The position numbers and the translations under genes are program-made. From Bugula neritina (lineage: Eukaryota; Animalia; Bryozoa): a stretch of DNA of 64,000 bases. Each line of letters starts with the position of its first letter. The first letter of the stretch is position 1. Shown piece by piece: positions 52,848-64,000 of this stretch. The notes beneath the pieces are model-generated. The model was not told where the DNA came from. It did no database searches and was given only the letters and a program-made list of their open reading frames with translations. The stretch spans positions 5,092,529 through 5,156,528 of the forward strand of contig OZ037770.1 in the NCBI GenBank assembly GCA_964035545.1, written 5' to 3'.

Positions 52848-54065
52848 TGTAGTGAATTTTGCCAGTTCACTATTATTATGTGTGGGTTAACTTAATCAAA
52901 GCCACTGCACCAGGTTGTTTATGCTAAGATAACTTTATTATTTACACAAATACAAGAAGGTTAGTTACTGCTAACATGAATAGAAAACGATTACATAATT
53001 AGTGAGCTTTAAAGGATTGCTCTATCTTGTCTAATAAATGGCCATTTAGGTCAAACACACATAATATTGTGTTTTTCTAAGCATGCATTGACAAAAAGCA
53101 TTTGACCAAAAGTAGAAAAAGTTAGTTGAAGTTGAGGGTGTAGATTGGTAACAGCCAAAACGCCGATTTTGAAATGAGCTGGGAACTGTGACGTAACAGC
53201 GCCAGCATTCCTGCTGGTCACGTGACTATACAAATGAATAACTATAGAAATATGACTGTGAGATGTGATCTTTCAGCTCGTAATTTGTATATTTATAGAA
53301 GTGCAAATGTGAATTATCTTAATCTATAGTTTTTTGACATTCTAAATAACATGTATGTAATAACATTAGGCTATATTTTGCTTGTAACCATTAGAAAAAA
53401 GCATTGCAAAAGCATGCATTCTTTAGGATGAATGCCTGCGATAGATCTAAACTAGGTCAGATTGTGCAATATTACGGGCACACCAAAGCTGACCTATATA
53501 GCGCACTGTAACTGCTTGAGCGTTATTGGTTGATATTGTGCTCAGCAACCTTGAATACTAGCGTTATAGTTAGCACGTGCAGCATAGTTACTGGCGTTCA
53601 CACGTCACGTATTAGGCTATTCTTTTTCATGGCTGAAAATTTCACCGCCCTCAAATTTGGAATTTTGAAAAGCTGTTTTCTAGGCACATATCCCTTTGCA
53701 AAGTAACAATTGTTTGCATACACATTAAATTATAGTTCATAATTATAATGTGATTGTAATAAACTAAGATTGAGCAATCCTTTAATACGCAACTACTCTA
53801 AATGAAGTCCCACGCTGCTCTGCCGGCTAGCTACTCAACGCACTGCAACTACGAGTAGCTAGCTCCACCTGCTATCAATTAGTGTGACTGTCCTGATTGG
53901 TGGTTACTAGTGGTACCACTGCTGTCCATAGCTACAATCCGACAGGGTTGAACTCACAATATAATAAACCATATAGAGTGAACCTTTTCGATTAATACAA
54001 TAATAATTGCACTACTAAAATCCATCATAATACAATAAAGAATTGCACCACTAAAATCCATCACA
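52848..54065 (-). repeat. 3' LTR of copy 3, interrupted by MITE B
   Basis: 1218 bp minus 773 bp (MITE plus TTAA) = 445 bp; 6 mismatches counted against the 5' LTR. Confidence 0.93.
53013..53781. mobile_element. Non-autonomous DNA transposon family B (Kolobok-like), copy 2
   Basis: TTAA duplication at 53009-12 and 53782-85; empty site gagctttaatacg present in the 5' LTR. Confidence 0.92.
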
Positions 54066-55336
54066 CTCGCCACACCTATCGAAAAGTACACTCTACGATT
54101 GATGCTTGCATAACAACATAATTTTTGAAAAAGAAAAGGAAATAAAAGTAAAATAAAATAAAAGATCAAAACAACACAGGAATGAGAGAACACAAAATAT
54201 GTATTCCAAATGATGTCCATATTGTAACACGATCGATCCGGGTCCGTCACAGGGCACAGGGTCTCTCATCAAATAATGTAGGGTAGCATAAACTTTATAG
54301 TGAGAAGGAGAGGTACTGTTTCACACTCATCTAGTCGAAGCCAAGCGATGGGGGTCGAGGAGTCCCCAGAAGAATCAAGCGTGGCAAAGGAATCTCTCCA
54401 AAGGGAGAGAGAAGGAAAAGGGGGTTGGAGCGTACGAAGGAATCTCCCCAAAGGGGGGGAGATGGAGGGGGTCTACTGGTCTCTTTAATACCAACGTCTA
54501 CCTCGTCGCCGTCGAATTCCCAAAAGGTGTAAAGGAAAGGCTTCTTCATCTTAATTTCTATATTTACTTTTTACTTCCTGCAGGAATCTTTAATATTACC
54601 TCTTTTTCTTAATATTATTTCATACAGTTTTATTATTAGGATGTAGCCACAGGAGAGAAAAGGGAGGAGCTACTCTGCCTATACCGGAACGTGATCACCA
54701 GGAGAGGAGAGGGAAGAACTACTGTGTCAGTTGTCTCTGGCACTTCTGTTATGAAGATCATCAGCACTGCTGCCATGTCGCTACAAGAATCCAGTCAAGC
54801 AGCCAGCATCTAGCCGAAAATTGAGATGAATGATGTGACTGCGCTATGCCAGGAGAAGGAATTTGGCCCTGCCATTCCAGTCTCACCTGCAACAGAATGC
54901 CAGCAACTGTTGAAGGGGTTTGCACCTGTCAGTACGACACCTCGACTGAGTCTCGCAATCACTAACCACTGATTAATAATTAAATCATGTGGTCGACCGC
55001 CCCACTCAAGTCGTCAATGAATCACCTGACTTGGGAAATCAACTTTATCGTTATGATAAAGCGAGACTGATTTAGGCTACCAGCTTGAATTCTACTTAAA
55101 TAATAGAATTATACTAGTAGACTTACCATAAGACAGCCCTGATTTTAGTCTGCTGCCCACTTAGGCTACGTAGTGCGCCAGCCTGCCAAGTACGTGCGTG
55201 CACGTTGGCAGTTGAATCAGAAAAGAACGCTTTTCGCAGTGAAAGTGATTGTATAATACCCCTTTCACTAGCGAGCTGACTTCGCTTTTTTCTCACCCCC
55301 GGTGGTGTTTTGTATTGCACCACTTGGGTAGGCAAC

Positions 55337-58300
55337 TCACAATTGCGTCTCCTTATATCTTGGAAATGCAACTCTCAATTGCTCGTCCCCCCAGATTTCT
55401 TTTATGATAGCTGATGGATGTTTTTCCACTGCATCACACAAGAAATCTTTTAAATAAGATGGAGGCGCCCTAGTGCGTTGCCTACGCTCCAACTGCACTG
55501 GGGAATTTGCTACGACTGGTGACTCTTCCACCACGGGTGGTGTCGCCAGTACGGGGGGGGGGTCCACCAGTACGGGTGGTCCTCCCCTAGCTGCCTCTCT
55601 CTCATTATGTTGAGGAATTTCCATCTCATCCGGAACGATGGGCCTGTCGACCGGCTCCACAGATATTGGGGCCGGCTCTGACAGGTCTTCAGGTGTGTCG
55701 ACCTCCTCTTCCTGGGGTGGAGGAGGTTGGGGCTGGTCGGCTGACGCATCAGCCGCTCCGTCCTGGTCTGGCAGTATTTCCTCGATCTCTCTGTACGCCA
55801 TGGGTCGCCCCCTCATAGGAGGGCGCCTAGCTGGCTCTAAGAGAGGAGGTGCTTGACCTGCCGCATCGGGACTTGCCCAGTGAGGTTTTAGCCGTGCCTC
55901 GTTCTGGATCGACACTTGTCCAGACCGTTCCACTTTGTATGTATGGTTTGGCATTACCTAAATTACGCAGTAGGGACCTACGAACTTCGGCTGCAACTTG
56001 GCTGCCTGTCCGCGCCTGCGGTGATGACTGGTCATCCAGACCCAGTCCCCACCTTGTATAAAGGCGGGTCGTCAGAGTCACCACTCCTGACCTGCCACTG
56101 CTGCTCACGTAGCACCTCGCTAGCCGTCCCCATGCGTTTTACGAGCTTGTCCACGTAGTCGTGGACATTGCTCTCGGAAGTCGGAACATGATAGGTTACG
56201 TGCTCAGGAACCCTTGTTTCTCTCTCCAGCATGAGAAAATTAGGGGTCTCCAGTGTACTGGAGTGAGGGGTACTACGGTACGCTCGCATGATCTGCGGTA
56301 ACACCAAGTCCCACTCTTCCTGGCTCCTACCGATAAGCAGGCTTCTCAGAGAGTCCCCTAGCATTCGGTTGTTCTGCTCCACAACCCCGTTCCCTTGCGG
56401 GTGATACAGGGTCGTCCGACTCTGGTTCACCCCCCACTTTACAGAGATTGCTCATGAGTTGCAACTGAAACTGGGCGCCTTGGTCAGAGTGTTTCTCCTC
56501 CGGCAAGCCGAAATAGCAGAACACCTGCTGATCCAAGGCTCTGGCCACCGAGGGGGCAGACGCATCTGGAATAGCCAATGCATCAGCCCACCGCGTGAAA
56601 TGGTCAGTCTCTCGCTGTTGTGGGCATGGGGCCTACCAGATTGACAGCAACCACCTGCCACGGACGACCGGCATGGAGGCGACGCCTCCCTGCGGTCTCA
56701 GTGGAGCGGCCATGCTTGCTAGCTTGGCACACCTCGCACTTCCGCACCCGGAGTCGGACATCCCGGGTCATACCGGGCCAAAACCACTGGAGTTGAAGAC
56801 ACCTGGTCACCCGGCTAGCTCCTGCTTGAGCTTGCTTATGGGTGTCCCAGATCAACTCCCGCCTCAGGGCTGACGGGCAGACTACCCTCTCTCGTTCACT
56901 GCGATTGGTGCCGGCTGCCAACGTTATCGTTAGCAGCCCATCGCTGGTGAACCTGAGGGAGTCCTAGCGGTCACAGAAGTACTTAAACTCAGTACTCTTC
57001 ACTCGCTGTTCGGCCTCACTCGGCCGCCGTCCCTCCTTCTTGGCCCGGACTAGGTCACTAGGACTAGGACTTGGCCACTCCTGGTAGCGTAGACTGGAGC
57101 CGACATAGCTCCCTGACGTTCCGAAGCAACGTGGGGTTTGCGTGAAGGTTGTTAACAGCTTTGTTGGGCGATTCGGACAGGAGTTGCCCTTCTTCCCAGC
57201 TGTACACACCCGCTTTCCCCAACTGCGCTTCGACATCCGAGCGAGGGGGTCCACCGACCCTGCGCTCGATAATCTGGCACTGCTTACACCCATCTGCCTG
57301 GCGGCGGCTGAGTCCATCTGCATTACCGTGTTTCCTACCGGGTCGATGCTCGATCCGATAAGAAAACTCTGCCAGGATCTCTAGCCAGCGCGCTACTTGG
57401 CTTGATGGTTCTGCCCGTCGACACAGCCATATCAGGGACGCATGATCCGTCCGAAGCCGGAATGTGCGCCCATATAGATATGGTCTAAAGTGTTTGACCG
57501 CCTTGACTACTGCCAAGAGTTCCCTCCTGGTTGTACAGTAGTTCTTCTCAGGCGCCGACAGGGCCTTGCTATAGTAAGCCACCACCACCTCGCGACCATC
57601 TTGGACCTGCGATAGCACAGCCCCCACATTATGGTTACTGGCATCAGTATCCAAAATGTACTCCTCCGCAGGGTCAGGATACGCCAAGATGGGTGCTTCC
57701 ACCAGGCGATCCTTCAGGTGGTCAAATGCCTTCTGCTCAGCCTGCGTCCACTGCCATCGCACCCCCTTTGCGGTCAGCCGATTTAACAGCTGTGCAATTC
57801 CCGCGAAGTCTGGTATGTACTGCCCAGTCCCTCACAGCCCGTACCTTCTCTGGGTCGGTGGAAACCCCGTCTCGACCAACTACATGGCCCAGGTACTTAA
57901 CCTCGCGTTGCAGTAATGCACACTTCGAGGGCTTTAGCTTCAGGCTCGCAGCTCGGAGTCTGTCGATCACCTCCCTGAGTCGACTGACATGTGTGTCGAA
58001 GTCGAGGGAGATGACGATGACATCATCGAGATAGATGAGCAAGGTCTTCCAGTGCAGTCCACTCAGGACCTGCTCCATGAGTCGCTGGAAGGTGGCTGGT
58101 GCGGACGTAAGTCCGAATGGCAACACCTTCCATTTCCGGAGCCCATCTCGCGTTATAAACGCGGCCTTGTCCTGTGCTTCAGGACTCAGGGGCACCTGCC
58201 AATACTCGCTTAGCAAGTCCAACGTGCTGAAGAACTTGCTACCAGCTAAGGCATCGAGCGACTCATCGATCCTCGGGAGAGGGTAAGCGTCCTGGATGGT

Positions 58301-59714
58301 CACGCTGTTCAGCCTGCGATAGTCAACGCAAAACCTCCAGCTACCATCCTTTTTCCGAACCAGGACGACTGGAGAACTCCAGGCCCCATGGCCTGGCTCA
58401 TTCAGGTCCCGGTTCAGAAGGTCTTGCACCTGACGGCTCACTTCTCTCTCCTTCTCAGGACCTGACCGGCGGGTCGGCTGCCGAATGGGCGCCGTCCCCA
58501 CTGCCAGGGGTATCTCATGACAGACAGTCTTAGTCAGACCCATGTCATGGTCGCCGCAACTAAACACGTCCTTGTACTCAGAGAGTAGCCGCGCCATCAC
58601 CAGGCGTTTTCGCTTGCTCTCACAGCCATCACAGGCATCCTTGTACAATTCTGCTACGTGTTCAGGCACCGGCCCCCTGCCGTCTCTAGTGGGTACTCCC
58701 CGGGCGTCGTCCGCTGTTTCCAGCGCGGGCCCTACATCCTCCTCTTGCACGGAGTGGAACTTCCCTACTAGAGACCCAGCCGGTAATTCTACCGGCTCCG
58801 TGAAAGGATTTACGCACTGGACCAGGAACTCCCCCTCGCTCATCCAGTCTATTCAGACTGTTAGCGAGCTGGAAGCCCCCCACCTTCCACCACTCCGAGC
58901 TCGGAGATTTCCCTACAGTTCACTCTGCAGCGAACTGTAGCCCGGGAGCGCCCAGGTACAGTACAGCGCTGTGCCACCTGCACTCTCCCCACCAAGGGTC
59001 GGCCAAATCGGTCGACACAGGCCAGCTCACGCCCCGCCATCACTACTGCCCATTTGCTAAAGTCTAGGTAGCACCTGTGTCATTTAAGAAATGGCATGCC
59101 CAAGATGGCATCCTCCTTGAGTTGACTGACGATGAAGGTCTCACTGATCGTCTGATCACGGACTCTACCAGTCAACTGGATTACCCCATAGAAAGGAATA
59201 CACGACCCGTCCGCCAACGTGCCGTGCTCCCTTTCATATGGTTCTAGGCTAGCCCTGTCCCTGGCACTGAGGATGTGGAATAGACGTCGACTCAGGAGAT
59301 TTGTGGTGCACCCAGTGTCCAACAGGAATGTGACAGCTTTGCCAGCAAGTTTGCCGGGGAGGAAATAGCTGCTTCCGTATGGCTGAGCGCTCACTGAGCA
59401 ATTTGTCTCTTGAGGCGACACTTCATGTGCATGGAGTTGGGGATGCACCTGTGCTTTCCGGTTGCGAAGGGGTCGTCGACGTTGCATGGGCGGGCAGGGT
59501 CTCGCTCACACACGGGCGGCCGAGTGAATTCTCGGACTGATTCTCGTGTGGGCAACCAAGGAAAATCCCTATTGTGCTCCCACTTGTCGTTCACTCCCTC
59601 ATCAAGCAAACCTTCAAAGCGGTTTTTGAGTGCCCAAGCCGGAGGTATTGGTGGGCCTTGCGGCCGACTCACTCTCTTTGGGGCTTGCCACTCTGGCGAA
59701 GGCGGCCTCCTCAC
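55337..59714 (-). pseudogene. pol: Gypsy pol (PR-RT-RH-IN), frameshifted
   Basis: FLLDTGC and ILGMPFL (59080..59487), RT 57737..58843, RNase H 57064..57762, integrase 55337..56921. Confidence 0.93.
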
Positions 59715-59778
59715 CAGTGGGGTGGGGGCCGTAGCCTCTGCCTTGGGGGGTTAAACTGAGGCCCACGGTAGGCGGAAG

Positions 59779-60673
59779 TTACCGTGGGCCGTCGCTGTTT
59801 AACCGCCTCCCACTGCCGCGGGGGCAACTTCGTAAGAAGTGCCCACCACTACCACAGCCCCAGCATACGGGGCCGCGCCTGTCGTCAACAGCTACCGACG
59901 ACCTCTTGGGTCTCTCGGCTGTCGCCTGCTGGCGCAATTGCCTGATCTCGGCTAGCAGTTCTCGAATCAAGCTCGTGGTTAAGCTAGTAGATTCATTTGC
60001 TGCTGCCGCTGCGACCTGTACAGCTGTCTTCGCCGGCGACGTCGAAACGTCGTCTGCCCCGACTTGCTGTACTGTCGCACCAGGTCGACTTGCACTGTCG
60101 GCTTGGAAATAGGCATTCCCAAGCCTTAGAGCTCTCTCCATAGTCTCAACTTCGGCCACCAGCAGATGCTGTTTTAGACCGAGGTTGTTATTAGACTGGA
60201 GGAATGCATCCAGTGCTAGGCTCTGCCGACTGTCGGCAGGCAAGTCGCCGTAAGCAACTTGTGCCAGTCGTTCGACTACGGTAGCATGCTCTCGCAGATT
60301 GGTCTTAGGATTTCTCCTAAGACTCTGCAGTTGCACGCGAGCATCTCGAGCGGTTAATCGAAACCGAGCTCATAGTGCTTCAATTATGTCACCGACATTC
60401 TGACTTATCCCAGAGGGTTTAGCCGGCCCTGTCAGACACAACCGCAGCTGGATCAGAGTAACCCTATTCGGCCATCCGCAGATGTCCGCCACATCACTAA
60501 ACTCAGTGATGAATTGCTCCACATCTTCTTCTCCTGAGAAGATGGGAGCCCGCAAGTGGTACCTGTCCATAGGCTGCGCTGGGCCGCCTATGTGATCCTC
60601 CTCTATTGCTGCTGGCTCCTGTCTGGGCGCGTCGACGACTTCGTCGGCCCATTTACTCCCTGGCTAGGGGCAT
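59779..60673 (-). pseudogene. gag: Gypsy gag with internal stop
   Basis: ORFs 60370..60570 and 59779..60336 are separated by a TGA; CWGCGSGGHFLRSC knuckle. Confidence 0.88.
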
Positions 60674-60686
60674 TTGTATTAAGTGG

Positions 60687-60705
60687 AATCCCACTGCTGC
60701 CACCA
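60687..60705 (-). promoter_or_regulatory. Primer binding site, tRNA-Leu-like
   Basis: Minus strand TGGTGGCAGCAGTGGGATT, 1 nt downstream of the 5' LTR; complementary to a tRNA 3' end AATCCCACYGCTGCCA-CCA. Confidence 0.82.
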
Positions 60706-60706
60706 C

Positions 60707-61151
60707 TGTAGTGAATTTTGCCAGTTCACTATTATTATGTGTGGGTTAACTTAATCAAAGCCACTGCACCAGGTTGTTTACGCTAAGATAACTTTATTAT
60801 TTACACAAATACAAGAAGGTTATTTACTGCTAACATGAATAGAAAACGATTACATAATTAGTGAGCTTTAATACGCAACTACTCTAAATGAAGTCCCACG
60901 CTGCTCTGCCGGCTAGCTACTCAACGCACTGCAACTACGAGTAGCTAGCTCCACCTGCTATCAATTAGTGTGACTGTCCTGATTGGTGGTTACTAGTGGT
61001 ACCACTGCTGTCCATAGCTACAATCCGACAGGGTCGAACTCACAATATAATAAACCATATAGAGTGAACTTTTTCGATTAATACAATAATAATTGCACTA
61101 CTAAAATCCATCATAATACAATAAAGAATTGCGCCACTAAAATTCATCACA
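60707..61151 (-). repeat. 5' LTR of copy 3
   Basis: 445 bp, TG...CA, adjacent to the PBS. Confidence 0.95.
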
Positions 61152-61319
61152 TTACACTATAATCTGATTGATATAAAATATATTATTATTTGCATAAGCT
61201 TTTTACATATGTCAGCAGTTTAAACCAATTGAGCAACTGAAAGTAAAAAAAACAGGCAGCTGATTGAATCAAAACCAATGTTGTCACCCAATATATTCCT
61301 TTAAAAAATGTAGAATGAG

Positions 61320-61560
61320 GAGTACTGAGGGTACTGAGAGGAGGGTACTGAGAGGAGGGTACTGAGAGGAGGGTACTGAGAGGAGGATACTGAGTGGAGG
61401 GTACTGAGAGGAGGGTATTGAGAGGAGGGTACTGAGAGCAGGATATTGAAAGGAGGGTACTGAGAGGAGGGTACTGAGAGGAGGGTAGTGAGAGAAGGAC
61501 ACTGAGAAGGAGACTGAGAGGAGGGTACTGAGAGACGGGTACTGATGGGAGGGTAGTGAG
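61320..61560. repeat. 14-bp minisatellite (gtactgagaggagg)n
   Basis: Direct observation. Confidence 0.9.
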
Positions 61561-61779
61561 AAATTGGAGAAACAGGGCCATTAAAGGCATTGTTAGTTTT
61601 GAGTCAGTAGAAAGCCTCACAATAATAAAACAACAGTTTTAATGAGACACACACAAACACAATGGAGAGAGATAAGCACAGACAGACACATCCGAGTGCA
61701 CGTTTATATATATGCAGGAATGACATCATAACTTCCTAGATGTCTCAACTATTCTACACCATTTCCAGGAAGCTTCTCA

Positions 61780-63240
61780 AAGTTTTCGCTGTAGATCTTC
61801 AATTTGTTCATCTTCTTTTTTTGTTTTTTTTTCCTGCAGAGATATATTGTTTAATGCAATAAATCTTGCTGACTTGATGTTGCCAAAATGTTTAGGAAGC
61901 TGTGAGACATCAGTTCTTTTGCGAAAACCTAATTCTAAAGTAGTATTTGTTTTTTTGCAACTAATGATTAAAATAGCTTCTAGTCTAAATGCTAAACTGA
62001 AAACTTGCACAAAAAACAGGCTACACACAAGTCTGCAAGTCATCATCTATATAATGGTATAGCTTCAGATTGAAAATTCTTGTACAATTCTGCACACAAT
62101 CAAAGTGCATAGCTTATATACACAAGATGTAAAGAGAAGATGCAACCAACAAAGAAAAATTCTCGAGATTGTAGCAATTGTAGTAAGTGTTCATACAGCT
62201 TTTGTAGCTTTAGAAACTATACATAAGTAATAATGTGACTCAACTCACTTCTTAAATTATTGTTTATATGCAGACTATACATACTATATATACTGAAATT
62301 ATACTTTGAGCAATGCACTTAGTTTCCTAGTGAAATAAAATGCTCTTGGTGAAAACCCTAAACAAAAAATAGTTTATACTACATCATTGATGTGGTTGAA
62401 ATGTAATAAATTTCTGCTTTGACAGTCTCAGCTGACTGATTCAAATGTATCTCCTAGCCATGGTTTAGACTTTAGACTTTAGATTATTTTATTGGAGCAC
62501 TGATTGTGTTATATATACAACGTTAAAAAAATGCTGCCAGATTGTGTAATATTAAACTAGCTATTCGTTGAATAAAACAGTTTTAATGGCTGCATGGAGA
62601 TGAACAAATGTTGGCACACAGATACAGCAAGGTTTTTCTTTTACAGTAAAGTGATATGAAAATGTACAGATAGATGCATGACACTGCTGTGAAACTAGGT
62701 CACATCCTGATACAGATACACTGAATAGGATATATTCTACTTGTATGTATGGAATCTGTATTTAGAGAAACACATCATACTTTGAGTAGGTGTTTTGTTA
62801 AGAAAGCATGCTCAGCCTGACATGCTTTGTGTATATGAATTACACAAAAATAACAAAAGAATGGATACCAAGAATTCTGTGCTGAAGCTACAAACAAAAG
62901 ACAAGATTAAAGTTATCAATGAAATCAAACCCCATTGTAAAATACTATTCAGCTAGAAATTATCACATGGTGTCAGGCATATATTTTGAACTAAGCAATT
63001 TGCTTCTAATGCAACACAATGAAAGGAGAGTAACTTAATATACACCCAGTGTTTTCACTCTTTGATTTCAATCAGTTTAGTGCAAATATCTCTGTGGAAA
63101 CTATACTCACTGGGTTATAAAACATATCATTATTTCTCACCAGAGAAGAAAGTGGCTGTAAATTATCTTGTGAAAAGCATTTTCTCTGCCAGCTTATTGT
63201 CCCAGCAGTGTGTTCATTTTTATACACTATACAGGTATGT
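61780..63240 (-). pseudogene. Probable decayed rhodopsin-class GPCR
   Basis: Manual translation: FTATFFSGEK**YVL*PSEY (TM3 ERY..V..P..Y spacing, ~63105-63165), hydrophobic TM5-like stretch ~62830-62930, and KAV*TL...IFLCWLH (TM6, ~62140-62205); many stops. Confidence 0.45.
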
Positions 63241-63526
63241 ATATAGTAATCAATCTCTCTTTACTCTTTTATATGTAAAACATAGTTTTGCTTATATCAT
63301 TCACAGTTATATATATGTGTGCCATGCGTGTACATGTTTTATAATTGTGTGTGTGTGTCATGTGCTTGTCTGTCTTTTGTGTAAATTTGTTTGTGTATGT
63401 TGATTGAAAATGTGTTTGTGTATTTATGTGCTTGTATTTGTTTTTTGGTTTGAGTGTTTATTGGCTGATGTGTGTTAGAATGCTTATAATATGTTTGTGT
63501 GTGTGTAGACTGTAGATACATGTGTA

Positions 63527-63870
<344 letters not shown>

Positions 63871-64000
63871 GCTTTTTTGAGTAATGTTTAACAGAAAATA
63901 ATTTAATTTGACTTTACATTTTTATCCTTCAGTGTATTTTAGTAGATATTTCTAAAGCATCCAGATATATTTGAGTCTACATATTTTATACTGTGTAGAC

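Larger units (their letters stand above)
52848..61151 (-). mobile_element. Full-length Gypsy/Ty3 LTR retrotransposon (copy 3), ORFs disrupted
   Basis: Two 445-bp LTRs (TG...CA); 4-bp TSD TTAC (52844-47 and 61152-55); PBS; gag CCHC knuckle, protease LLDTG, RT YLDD, RNase H, integrase. Confidence 0.96.

Noticed and set aside
61186-61620. SQYPPLSTLL repeat protein
   Set aside because: Translation of a 14-bp minisatellite.

Overview
AT-rich, intron-containing eukaryotic DNA, most consistent with an invertebrate animal (GT-AG introns, caspase, PRODH2-like gene, Gypsy/RTE/R4 retroelements). The main feature is a spliced + strand gene (CDS 6085..22664) that I assembled by hand into 18 coding exons with compatible phases and no internal stop (4461 nt, 1486 aa). 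It encodes an N-terminal cap, about 19 LRRs, a Roc GTPase, a COR domain and a caspase with an intact His/Cys dyad. Sixteen of the LRRs come from eight tandem 138-bp phase-2/phase-2 exons that vary mainly at the predicted ligand-binding face, which suggests a diversifying sensor-switch-protease immune receptor. The window also holds a disabled PRODH2-like gene (minus, 24997..52431) and three related Gypsy LTR retrotransposons: one is full-length with TSD and PBS, and the other two carry an extra C2H2 zinc-finger ORF. Remaining features are RTE and R4/Dong LINE relics, two MITE families, a probable GPCR pseudogene and simple repeats. All exon models and mismatch counts were done by eye and need RNA-seq and HMM confirmation.
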